Positions 39,531 to 48,831 of a DNA stretch of 64,000 bases are shown one piece after another. The notes beneath the pieces are model-generated. The model made no database searches. It was not told where the DNA came from and saw only the letters and a program-made list of their open reading frames with translations. The stretch is from a virus (Duplodnaviria > Caudoviricetes). The stretch is taken from positions 1-64,000 of IMG/VR virus record IMGVR_UViG_3300000169_000002; one strand, written 5' to 3'. Each line of letters opens with the position of its first letter. Position 1 is the first letter of the stretch. Position numbers and translations under genes: made by a program.

Positions 39531-39971
39531 ATGCCAAATCTGAAAAAGCAAATGAAGAAAATTCAAAGGGAGCAGGAGCGGCTTGAAGAAATCATCAGGC
39601 TCCAGCAATCGACCTGCCCTCACGTTTCCAAAAAGGGTAAGTCGAAATTGGTGGAGTTCCAGGATGGCGACGTTCTCAAAGGTCGCTGCAAACGGTGCGG
39701 CGACGTTGTCATTTTGGACAAGAATTACCTGGGGGATAAAGAACTTCTCAAGTCCTCCACGGAAATCGTCAAAACGATGCTGGCCGAACTTCGTGCTGCG
39801 GCTCGGACTGGGAAAATCCGTATCGATGACGACACCCTCGGCCTGATCGTTAAATTTGACGCGGAAATTCTTCGCGACTTGCCGCAGACCTTCGAGGTCA
39901 TCACCACCTCTGAAGGTGGCAAGGGTAAGAAGAAAAAGAAGAAGAAAAACAAACGGGAACGCTGGAGCTGA
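39531..39971 (+). CDS. Zinc-ribbon hypothetical protein (GC-rich codon class)
   Basis: CPH...CKRC, poly-Lys C-terminus, GGGAG RBS. Confidence 0.75.
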   Translation: MPNLKKQMKKIQREQERLEEIIRLQQSTCPHVSKKGKSKLVEFQDGDVLKGRCKRCGDVVILDKNYLGDKELLKSSTEIVKTMLAELRAAARTGKIRIDDDTLGLIVKFDAEILRDLPQTFEVITTSEGGKGKKKKKKKNKRERWS

Positions 39972-40109
39972 TTCACGGCGCCGGAGGGATGATGGGTCCA
40001 ATATGGGCTCATCATCCCTTTATTTTTTTGCCAAAATATAAGTATCCCTATACTTAGGGACCATAAATTTAATTTATGATTAATCCGCCAACCATTTTAT
40101 AAGGGAAAA

Positions 40110-40119
40110 TATATATTAT
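40110..40119 (+). promoter_or_regulatory. Early-type promoter
   Basis: AAAATATATATTATT upstream of the topoisomerase operon. Confidence 0.65.
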
Positions 40120-40152
40120 TAAAATGAATATGTTGAAAGGAATGATACTTAG

Positions 40153-42522
40153 GTGACCATCAGAATTTTATGGTACATGAGAAAAGACAAAGATGTATTT
40201 AAGTATACAGAAGATAAGATTACAGTAAACTACGATGATAGGTCCAGAGTACGTCAATCACCAGAAGTTTATCTTCCCAGTACAGATCTTGAAGGGGCTA
40301 TCCACCTGTTTGAAGAAATTTTCGCAAACAGCGCTGATGAAGTCACAGCCCCTGAATCTTGTGGATCTGAAATCATCGTTACTATTGATGAAACAACTGG
40401 TGTTATCACCGTTCAGGATGATGGACGTGGTATACCATTTGGAAAAATATTTGATCTTTGCGAGGTTCTCAGCTCATCTGGTAAGATGGGAACCAAAAAT
40501 AGGGCGTATAACCATTCAACCGGCGCTTTCGGTATGGGTATGAAACTCGTGAACTTCCTGTCTGAGTATATGAAGATTCGGACGGAAAGAGATGGGAAGT
40601 TTATGGAGATTATTTACGAAGATGGCATTCGAAAGAATGTCACTGAAGGTAAGTCGAAACACAGTGGGACCTATATCGAATGGAAAGTCGATAAAAGGTT
40701 CTTCTCTGATACCAATATCAAGTGTGAACATCTTTTGGATAAAATCCGAAAGAAGAGTTATGTTCTTGGTAAAACTACCATTATATTTAATGGTAAAAAG
40801 AAAAACGGAGAAGAAATTACTAAACAATTTAAGAATGGTAAAATTCGAGATTATGTGACTCAATTTAAGATTTCTAGTCCAATTGCTGAATATAAAAATC
40901 AAGTTGGTAATAATAAAGTTGAATTTGTGTTCGGTTACGACTTGGAAACTGAAGATGGACCCAATGTTATAGGGTTCACTAATGGCTCCTATAACAAATC
41001 TGGTGGATCTCATGTTAATGGTTTGATAGAAGGTTTGTCATCATTTATGAGAGCATATATGATGGATAGCTACCTCTCTGAAAAAGAGAAAAAAGATCTT
41101 AGAATCCTTACTGAGGATGTAAAGCAAGGTCTTGTTGGTATAGTTTCAGTATATGCCCTCAATCCAAATTATAAAGGTCAATATAAAGAAGGCCTTGAAG
41201 ATAGTTCTTTGAAAAATTTTGTATTCAATTCTGTTCGTAAATATTTGAAGGACTGCGATAAAAGCGTTCTCAACAAATTCGCTCAAATTATCAAGGCAAA
41301 TGCTAAAGCTCGCACAGCAGCTGAAAATACGAAGAAGAAAGTCAAGAAAGATATTGTCAATGCATTTTCTGCGGATAGGATTAGTGAGTATTTGCCAATC
41401 TCGAAATTTTCTAAGAGCAAATTTAGGGAATTGTGTATTGTGGAGGGTCTTAGCGCTAAGGGCGGCTTTAAGGCTGTTCGCAATAAAGATGAGATGGCAA
41501 TCCTTACAATCCGTGGTAAGGTTGAGAATATTTTTGACCTCCCACCCGCTGAAGCTGTAAAATCTTCTAAGTTCCTGTCCAATCTTGTACAGATTTTCGA
41601 ATGTGAAAACGAGAATATCAAAAACTTCGATATCAATAAACTTCAGTTCACCAGAATCAATCTTATTACAGATGCTGATACAGACGGTGATGAAATCTCT
41701 TGTCAACTTGCTATGATTTTCGCAAGATTTTTTCCGAGTATTGTAACATCCGGCCGTCTCTATAAAGTTGTACCTCCATTGTATGAGGTCAAGATTAAAG
41801 GAGAGACTGTGTTCATTCCGACAATTCGGGATTATATGAAATATACTCAGGAAAGCTTTGCGAAATCTCATAAACTTTATTTGAACGGAAAGGAAATGAA
41901 GCAAGAAGATCTGCTGGACTTCTTGGTTGAATTCCACCGTTATAAAGATAATCTGAAGTATTTGGCGGATCAATATGTCTTGACCCCGGAGTTCGCCGAA
42001 TTCCTTATCAGTAATCTCCATGTGGGGTTCGAGAATGATAAAGTTGATCTTTGGAATAAAAAGATTCTTCCAAGTAAGTTCAGGTTCATGCGAGCATATG
42101 CCGGAGATAATGGATTTATACAAATCGAGGGTATGGTTGGAAGCGAATATAACTTCTTCGAATACACTGAAGAATTTATTGAGGACGTAACTCAACGATA
42201 TCAAATCAATCCGAATGCTTACTTCTATGGGTATACTGTCGACGATAAACCTATGAGTCTCTATGGTGTGATGACCGAAGTTTCCAGGTATGCACCTAAG
42301 ATAGTGACTAGGTTTAAAGGTCTTGGCGAGATGCCATCTGAAGACCTTGAAAGAACAGTTGTCGACAGAAGGGCTCGTCATAGCATTCGTTTGACTATGG
42401 AAGATATCGAGAGGGACTATGAGCGAATGGCTGTTATGCACTCTAAGAAGCCACACTATTCTGAACGTCGTAAAGTTTTCATGAGAAACTTCAAGTTTGA
42501 CATAATGGACATTGACACCTAA
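40153..42522 (+). CDS. gyrB: Type IIA topoisomerase B subunit (GyrB/ParE-like)
   Basis: GHKL motifs EIFANSADE, DDGRGIP, GAFGMG; TOPRIM VEGLSA, DADTDG; RFKGLGEM. Confidence 0.93.
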   Translation: MTIRILWYMRKDKDVFKYTEDKITVNYDDRSRVRQSPEVYLPSTDLEGAIHLFEEIFANSADEVTAPESCGSEIIVTIDETTGVITVQDDGRGIPFGKIFDLCEVLSSSGKMGTKNRAYNHSTGAFGMGMKLVNFLSEYMKIRTERDGKFMEIIYEDGIRKNVTEGKSKHSGTYIEWKVDKRFFSDTNIKCEHLLDKIRKKSYVLGKTTIIFNGKKKNGEEITKQFKNGKIRDYVTQFKISSPIAEYKNQVGNNKVEFVFGYDLETEDGPNVIGFTNGSYNKSGGSHVNGLIEGLSSFMRAYMMDSYLSEKEKKDLRILTEDVKQGLVGIVSVYALNPNYKGQYKEGLEDSSLKNFVFNSVRKYLKDCDKSVLNKFAQIIKANAKARTAAENTKKKVKKDIVNAFSADRISEYLPISKFSKSKFRELCIVEGLSAKGGFKAVRNKDEMAILTIRGKVENIFDLPPAEAVKSSKFLSNLVQIFECENENIKNFDINKLQFTRINLITDADTDGDEISCQLAMIFARFFPSIVTSGRLYKVVPPLYEVKIKGETVFIPTIRDYMKYTQESFAKSHKLYLNGKEMKQEDLLDFLVEFHRYKDNLKYLADQYVLTPEFAEFLISNLHVGFENDKVDLWNKKILPSKFRFMRAYAGDNGFIQIEGMVGSEYNFFEYTEEFIEDVTQRYQINPNAYFYGYTVDDKPMSLYGVMTEVSRYAPKIVTRFKGLGEMPSEDLERTVVDRRARHSIRLTMEDIERDYERMAVMHSKKPHYSERRKVFMRNFKFDIMDIDT

Positions 42523-42549
42523 TCTTATTTAGAAAGGACGGGGTGCCAC

Positions 42550-42834
42550 TTGGCCAACCGTAAACAATTTAGAATCAAATATTACAGCGCCGATGACTCT
42601 CAATTGTATACGATTATCCAGGTGGCGCCTACGTCATTTGAAGCCATTACCAAAGCAGAAGAAAGAATTAGACGATCGACCGAAAATTTCCAAATTGTTC
42701 TTGTTGAGGATCTCAACTCTGATTTTTATATTAATCAGATTAGAGACATCCTGACAACCTCGATTCAAAGAGAAAAGGAAAGAGAGGCTGCAAAATGGGT
42801 AAATCCAAAAAAGGTAAAAAGAAAAATGGCATGA
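42550..42834 (+). CDS. Small hypothetical protein
   Basis: TTG start after GGACGGGG; 94 aa. Confidence 0.65.
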   Translation: MANRKQFRIKYYSADDSQLYTIIQVAPTSFEAITKAEERIRRSTENFQIVLVEDLNSDFYINQIRDILTTSIQREKEREAAKWVNPKKVKRKMA

Positions 42835-43013
42835 AGGAATTCGCTGTCACCTACTCGTTCAGGGGAATTCCTGGGACTGCCGTAGTCGAAGCTATCGACA
42901 AATACTTCGCAATCATGAAATTCAAAGAAACCAACCCCGGTGCGGTAATCAAAGACGTAAAAGAAATCATTCCACCAAAACCCGAAGATGACAGCCAAGT
43001 GAGTAACGGCTGA
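42795..43013 (+). CDS. Small hypothetical protein
   Basis: AGAGAGG RBS before 42795 (alternative ATG 42831); GC-rich codons. Confidence 0.65.
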   Translation: MGKSKKGKKKNGMKEFAVTYSFRGIPGTAVVEAIDKYFAIMKFKETNPGAVIKDVKEIIPPKPEDDSQVSNG

Positions 43014-43033
43014 TAAATTCAGGAGGACTCATA

Positions 43034-45460
43034 ATGACTATCAGAGTAAGACCAATACCGGGATTCTTCAATATGGAATATATTGAAGAAAAAAATATTG
43101 CAGAGTTTGACGAGCAGGGGATGGCTCTCCACGGGGTCAACCGGAACCTTCAGAGAAACATCGCCCTGTTTTATGATAACCTGAAGGTTGTCCATAGGCG
43201 TATTCTCTACGCCATGGCAACAATGGGACTCCGTCCGGATAGAAACTTTTCTAAAGCTGCTGGCGTTGTCGGCAGAATTATCGAGAAGTATCATCCGCAT
43301 GGGGACTCAGCGACGTATGAAGCTTTGATTTTTATGGGGCAACCTTGGAGAAATATCATGCCTCTGGTTGAAGTTAAAGGTAACTACGGAAATGCCGAAG
43401 GTCCTGATGAATATGCTCAAATGCGGTATGTTGAATGTCGCTTGAACAGTTTCGCCTGGGACTGCTTCTTCAGTGAATGGGATTTGAAATCTGATCTCGT
43501 TGATATGAGGCCCACGTTCAATGGAGAAGATGTGGAACCGCTGTATCTTCCAGCAAAATATCCACTCTTTCTCATGAACTGGGGGAGCGGGATGGGATTC
43601 GGTCTCTCCACATCTAGTCCTGGGTTCCTTCCACAGGATGCAATGCAAGCTGTTATTGATCTTATCAAAGATCCGAAAGCAAATATTGTATTGTATCCTG
43701 AGGACCCGATGGGATGTACCATCATTGGGAAAAAAGTCTTCAAGAAATTTGTGGACCATAACTTCAATGAAAAAGATGACGAGAGCTTGAAGTTTAGGGT
43801 TCGGTCTGATTATGTGGTGGAAAACGGGATTATTAGAATCTTGAATACACCATTTGAGGTCAGTCCGAAGACGGTCTTTAATAAAATTGTAGAGCTTAAA
43901 AATAATAAGAAGATTGATGGAATTATAGATATGGAAGTTGAGCTGAAACCGGGTAAAATTCCGCAGCTCAAAGGTAAAGAAGATACTATGAATATCATTA
44001 TTGAATATTCCAAGGGTGTCGACCCGCACATCCTTATGGAGAAACTCTATAAACTTACTCAGCTTGAGACCACTTTCTCTCTGAATTGTGTTTACGTTGA
44101 TATGAACAAGAACGTTAAATTCAATTTGAGAGAAAGCATCCTGTATTGGATTAAATTGAGGAGAAAGGTTCTCAAACGTATGTATAGGTCTCAGCTGAAT
44201 GAAAAGTCGAAAAGAAATTATGTGCTGGATGCACTTATTGACCTTTTCGACAAAAATCAAATTGATGCAGTTATCAATATCTTTAAGAAGAATAAGAGGT
44301 CTGATGTCGCAGAGATTCTCATAAAGAAGTATAACATCAGCGACTATCAGGCAAAGAAGATCTCTGAAATGAGACTTAGTGATCTTTCTCCTGACGCATA
44401 TGAGGAGTATGTGAAGGAGAGAAAAGAAAATGCTAAAAAGATCAGAGAACTTCAAGATATTCTGAAAAACAAAAAGACTCTTGATGAGATCATTATTCGC
44501 CAAATGGAAGAGGGTATTAAGAAATATTCTCGTCCGAGACAATCTAAAGTGATTGAGATGGCGAATGAAAATAAAGAAGAAGAATTTTTCGATATAGAAG
44601 TAATCAATACTGGTCATGTGAGAAAAATCAAACATGGTAATAATATCGAACTCAATACTGAAGATGCAGTTCTTGTTAGTAAATACGAAAATATTGGAGA
44701 TACAAACAAATTGTTTGTGTTTACTAACACTGGACTGGTGTTTAGCGACTATATTTCTAATATCAGAGTTTCCAAAGATCAAAGTATTGGAAGCTTTCTT
44801 TCAAGGAGATATGAATCCGCAAAATATGCAGCGGTCGGGTCTCTGGTTGGGAAGGAATCTTCTTCGAGTAATGTGATTTGCGTCACTAAGCAAGGTATTG
44901 TGAAGAGCAGTAAATTCTCAGACTATTTCATCTCATCCCAAGGAAGCTACGGAATCAAGCTTTCTAAGAATGATGAACTCGTAACTGTTTTGGAAGCCAC
45001 CTCTAATGACATTAAATCTTCTAGAGTTCTCATTTATACGAAAAATGGTAAATGTGTGATGTTCCCAGTGAACGATATCACTGTAACGTCCAGATTTACT
45101 ATGGGCAACATGGGAATCAAGCTCGAAGAGGGAGACTATGTCATTGGGGCAGAGATTGTTAAATCTTCTGATGAATATATCGTCACAATCTCTGAAAATG
45201 GGTACGTCAAAAAGTTCTCAATTGAAAATACGTTTAACAATATTAGACGAGGATCTTACGGAGTATCTATAGTATCATCTGATGAAAATCTTCATAAGGT
45301 GGCTACTGTTAGCTCCAAAATCTCTACACTCAAGCTTATTTCCCTTCAAGGCGTAGAGGAGATTAAACTGGATGAACTTCAGGTTAAAACCAGGTTGTCG
45401 TCCGGAGATAAGCTTCTCAAAGCTAGAAGGAAGAATGAAGTTATTGTGAAAGAAAAATAA
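43034..45460 (+). CDS. gyrA: Type IIA topoisomerase A subunit (GyrA/ParC-like) with beta-pinwheel CTD
   Basis: DNLKVVHRRILYAM, KYHPHGD, catalytic AQMRY, repeated T..G..K...G..GIKL blades. Confidence 0.93.
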   Translation: MTIRVRPIPGFFNMEYIEEKNIAEFDEQGMALHGVNRNLQRNIALFYDNLKVVHRRILYAMATMGLRPDRNFSKAAGVVGRIIEKYHPHGDSATYEALIFMGQPWRNIMPLVEVKGNYGNAEGPDEYAQMRYVECRLNSFAWDCFFSEWDLKSDLVDMRPTFNGEDVEPLYLPAKYPLFLMNWGSGMGFGLSTSSPGFLPQDAMQAVIDLIKDPKANIVLYPEDPMGCTIIGKKVFKKFVDHNFNEKDDESLKFRVRSDYVVENGIIRILNTPFEVSPKTVFNKIVELKNNKKIDGIIDMEVELKPGKIPQLKGKEDTMNIIIEYSKGVDPHILMEKLYKLTQLETTFSLNCVYVDMNKNVKFNLRESILYWIKLRRKVLKRMYRSQLNEKSKRNYVLDALIDLFDKNQIDAVINIFKKNKRSDVAEILIKKYNISDYQAKKISEMRLSDLSPDAYEEYVKERKENAKKIRELQDILKNKKTLDEIIIRQMEEGIKKYSRPRQSKVIEMANENKEEEFFDIEVINTGHVRKIKHGNNIELNTEDAVLVSKYENIGDTNKLFVFTNTGLVFSDYISNIRVSKDQSIGSFLSRRYESAKYAAVGSLVGKESSSSNVICVTKQGIVKSSKFSDYFISSQGSYGIKLSKNDELVTVLEATSNDIKSSRVLIYTKNGKCVMFPVNDITVTSRFTMGNMGIKLEEGDYVIGAEIVKSSDEYIVTISENGYVKKFSIENTFNNIRRGSYGVSIVSSDENLHKVATVSSKISTLKLISLQGVEEIKLDELQVKTRLSSGDKLLKARRKNEVIVKEK

Positions 45461-45463
45461 ACA

Positions 45464-45503
45464 ATAAGGAAGGAGATACACTCCTTCCTTATTTTTTTTT
45501 TTT
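45464..45503 (+). terminator. Intrinsic terminator
   Basis: ATAAGGAAGGAG/CTCCTTCCTTAT stem plus long T tract. Confidence 0.85.
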
Positions 45504-45536
45504 GAAATATGTAGACAAATTTATTTTACTCGCAGA

Positions 45537-45548
45537 AACACTCAGATA
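45537..45548 (+). promoter_or_regulatory. Late-type promoter
   Basis: AACA-CTCAGA-TA upstream of 45577 and 46764. Confidence 0.6.
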
Positions 45549-45576
45549 ATATACTTACTGAAAGGAATGATCTAAA

Positions 45577-46746
45577 TTGTCTGATACACTTATCATAGAT
45601 ACTTTATATCCAAGAGCTGCAGCAGCATTGAGTAACCCATCTAATGTGGAAAAATTAAAACAATACTTATCTAAGTATTTTGATCGAAATTCACATATTC
45701 TTTTTTCATTGAATTTTACGGATAAATTGATTGTATTCGACGCCGATAAGTCAGTTCTTTTTCAAGTATTGGGAATAAAAGAAAAAGAGATACAAGATGT
45801 TTTGAATAAATCTGAGTTTGGTAAAATTAAATGGGTATTGAACCCCACCACAGTATCTCTTCTTTTATGTATTCTTTATTTTGATGAAAAGAAGATGGAA
45901 AAAGAATCTGAGATAGTCCAAATCTTTTTAACATGCTACTTCTATTCTGTATTACATCCTAAAATTTTCAAATTTCCTCCGAATGCCGCAATTATGGAAT
46001 ACACTTTGACTAAAAATCCAAAAGTCACTGGTAACTTTATTTTCAAAAGAGAAGGTTCTTTATTTGGAGCCTTTAAACATATGTCAAAAACCTCCCATGA
46101 AAACTATATTAAAGATCTGCGCGAGAAAAGAACCGATAAACTAGTTAACGATTATGTAAGTTCAATAAGAACTAGATTAAACTCTCTTCTTAAGAATATC
46201 ATGGAGCGGTTTCTTGAAGACCATAAAGCAGGTCATTTCTTTAACAGGGAAGCCGATATTCACGACGATGAAACTTACAGATTAGCCGATAGTACATCTC
46301 TATATATATCTAAATTGGCAACTAAAACATCGATAAATATTGTTAGCTATAGGTTTGATAAAACCCTCATAAAAAATATTGCAGCAACTGATGTTAATTT
46401 ACATCCTGTAACTCTCGGAAATATTTTGAATACTGTGGTAGATCATTTTCGAAATGAAATTGATAAATTTGTTAGCACTATAATTGAGTTATATGTAATA
46501 GAGGGTAATAATAACGTTAAAACTATAAACTCATCTAAATTTATCAACGATTGTCTTTATCTCTATAAATCTAATTCCAGTAAACCAAGAGTAGTTTTCT
46601 TAAAAGAAACCTTGGATAAATGGATTGCAGAAGGATCAAGGCTTAATGGAAAAAGATTTATTCGTGAAGCTACTATTTATGCATATAGAAAAGCCATTTT
46701 CTTGGCTTTTGTATATACTATTAACAAAGAAAGTAAGCCATCATAA
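45577..46746 (+). CDS. Hypothetical protein (late operon with an RNAP subunit)
   Basis: 389-aa ORF, AAAGGA RBS, TTG start. Confidence 0.75.
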   Translation: MSDTLIIDTLYPRAAAALSNPSNVEKLKQYLSKYFDRNSHILFSLNFTDKLIVFDADKSVLFQVLGIKEKEIQDVLNKSEFGKIKWVLNPTTVSLLLCILYFDEKKMEKESEIVQIFLTCYFYSVLHPKIFKFPPNAAIMEYTLTKNPKVTGNFIFKREGSLFGAFKHMSKTSHENYIKDLREKRTDKLVNDYVSSIRTRLNSLLKNIMERFLEDHKAGHFFNREADIHDDETYRLADSTSLYISKLATKTSINIVSYRFDKTLIKNIAATDVNLHPVTLGNILNTVVDHFRNEIDKFVSTIIELYVIEGNNNVKTINSSKFINDCLYLYKSNSSKPRVVFLKETLDKWIAEGSRLNGKRFIREATIYAYRKAIFLAFVYTINKESKPS

Positions 46747-46763
46747 ATTAAGGAGGAATTAAT

Positions 46764-47501
46764 TTGGCTACCACCAAGAAGCATCAAAAGATTCTTGATT
46801 ATATATATACATCAATTGACGCCATTGACCCTACAGGGAAGAATACTGAGCGTTATAAAGAGTATTTCGAACATATGTCCGATGAAGAGTTTCAAAAGTT
46901 CCTTAAAGAATTTCTTCAAGACGAAAAACATCATTTTACAGTGGAAATGGATCAATTTGAGCAGAATGTTACTATTGAACAAATTGCACATGCTGCTCAG
47001 GTTGCTAATGTCATATTGGAGGATTATTTGGTAAGACCGGATATTAGCGACGACCCTGAAAATCCTTATGTTACTAACCATAAAGTTCTCCTTCTTTACT
47101 TGAACCAACGACGGGTTCAGCAAACACTTTCTGTTAAAAATCATGTATCCACATCTATTGATAAAAGAAATCCAAAAGTTGGTCAAGTTATTGATGATGA
47201 TAAGAACTCGTCCACTTCTGCTTTGGAAATGTATCAACTTGTATTCCAAGGAGCCCTTAACAAATTAAAAGAAGATTTCGGGCCTAAATCAGATAACCTT
47301 GTGGCTAAAAATGAAATGCTTTATCAGATTCAACGCAAAGGATCAGTCTCTCTTGAAGAACTTCCAAACTTGGTTAAAGATAGAGTTGCCCTTAACTATT
47401 TGAACTTTTTGTTATTGGCAGCAGGTTACAGTTCTGATTTGATTAACGATAAAGATCTTCTTCCTATCGTAATTGAACGAGGAGGAAAATTGTACGATTA
47501 A
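46764..47501 (+). CDS. RNA polymerase beta subunit, small C-terminal fragment (probably virion RNAP)
   Basis: LYLNQRRVQQ..KN...GQV..K..S.LEMYQL...GA...LKE...KSDN aligns with the RpoB C-terminus (YMLKL.H...QQP.GGKA...GEME.WAL.AYGA...LQE..T.KSDD); complements 41..4213. Confidence 0.75.
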   Translation: MATTKKHQKILDYIYTSIDAIDPTGKNTERYKEYFEHMSDEEFQKFLKEFLQDEKHHFTVEMDQFEQNVTIEQIAHAAQVANVILEDYLVRPDISDDPENPYVTNHKVLLLYLNQRRVQQTLSVKNHVSTSIDKRNPKVGQVIDDDKNSSTSALEMYQLVFQGALNKLKEDFGPKSDNLVAKNEMLYQIQRKGSVSLEELPNLVKDRVALNYLNFLLLAAGYSSDLINDKDLLPIVIERGGKLYD

Positions 47502-47534
47502 TTATATATATAAATCTCAACATATTCATACAAA

Positions 47535-47544
47535 TATATATTAT
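47535..47544 (+). promoter_or_regulatory. Early-type promoter
   Basis: AAATATATATTATT..ATGTG. Confidence 0.65.
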
Positions 47545-47594
47545 TCATATGTGGACTTTTGAAACTTTAAAAATTAGTTAGGAGGTGCTTTAAC

Positions 47595-47732
47595 ATGCAG
47601 CAAAATAATAACTCTAAACCTATTAAAAAACAACCAGAAATTCCTATCAAAGGCGGCCTCATTCAAGAAGTTGCTTTGGGCGAAATGATTGCCCAACAGC
47701 AACTCAATGAATCTCAAGTTAAGAAAAGCTAA
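47595..47732 (+). CDS. Small hypothetical protein (45 aa)
   Basis: AGGAGGT RBS; MQQNNNSKPIKKQPEIPIKGGLIQEVALGEMIAQQQLNESQVKKS; followed by a hairpin and T tract. Confidence 0.6.
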   Translation: MQQNNNSKPIKKQPEIPIKGGLIQEVALGEMIAQQQLNESQVKKS

Positions 47733-47849
47733 AGCGCCTTGCTTTAGCTTACTTTTTATTAATCTCTAAAAATATCCAATAATTGTATCTAGATATTTTT
47801 AAAACTGTGATAATTTTTAGTTTAAACCAAATTTTAGGAGGTTAAAATT

Positions 47850-48722
47850 ATGTCTCTTTATACACCCACGATTGTTACTAACAATAAACGCTATAGAGTT
47901 ACCAATCGAGCTAAATTTATTCTTTCTACGTCTATCATGTTTATTACTTTCATCACAATTGCTTATGTAGCATTTTCATTTATTATCAGTGAAATTAATG
48001 AATATCGCCAAGAAAAAGCTTATGAAGCGTGGCAACAAGAACTTGAAATTCTGAAGAAAAAATATTCCTTCACAATTGGTGAAATTGAAATTAGTGCTAC
48101 AAGTGCCGATGAGGCTCTGACAAAACTTAAAGCTCAAACTGAAGCTATTTTGATCGAGAAAAATAGTTTGATCGATGAACAGCAACAGATCATTTCTGGT
48201 TTGGAGGAAAAGTATGTAAAAGATATTTATGAGATGAAACAAGTGACCAAAGAAGAAGTCAAACTTTATAATCAATACGCATACGCACTTGAATACCCAG
48301 AGTCAGATATGACTATTGATGATCTGAAAATGATCAAAGAGATAACAGATGAAGAAAATATTAATATGCACCTTTGGCTTAGTGTCGTTGAAGTAGAAAG
48401 CGGATATAGATCTTATGTCAGATCAAGTTTGTCAACGGCAGCTGGCTGGGGGCAAGTTCTTAAAGGAACTGGCGAGTTCCTCTATGAAGACTCTCTTAAA
48501 CTTGGAAAATACAACCATCAGAAAATGGGTACAGATAAAGAAATTAATGCAAGAATGAGTATCCATTACTTGGCAATGCTGATCAAAGAAAAGGGTAGTA
48601 TCGAAAAGGCTCTTATCAGTTACAACGGTAATGAGCTTGGTCAACGGTATGTTACTCTTGTAAATAATACCCTGAAAAAGAACACAGGTATGACACTAAA
48701 TGATATCAGCATAGCCAATTAA
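47850..48722 (+). CDS. Membrane-anchored lytic transglycosylase (SLT)
   Basis: N-terminal TM helix, coiled coil, VEVES, GWGQV, SYNG. Confidence 0.82.
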   Translation: MSLYTPTIVTNNKRYRVTNRAKFILSTSIMFITFITIAYVAFSFIISEINEYRQEKAYEAWQQELEILKKKYSFTIGEIEISATSADEALTKLKAQTEAILIEKNSLIDEQQQIISGLEEKYVKDIYEMKQVTKEEVKLYNQYAYALEYPESDMTIDDLKMIKEITDEENINMHLWLSVVEVESGYRSYVRSSLSTAAGWGQVLKGTGEFLYEDSLKLGKYNHQKMGTDKEINARMSIHYLAMLIKEKGSIEKALISYNGNELGQRYVTLVNNTLKKNTGMTLNDISIAN

Positions 48723-48752
48723 TATAGATTCAAATCATAACTTTGACAAAAA

Positions 48753-48762
48753 TATATATTAT
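48753..48762 (+). promoter_or_regulatory. Early-type promoter
   Basis: AAAATATATATTATT upstream of the tubulin gene. Confidence 0.65.
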
Positions 48763-48831
48763 TAATTTAGTGACGACTACTAATTAGTGGTCGTCACTTT
48801 TTAATACAAACTATTACTGGAGGTATTAGGA

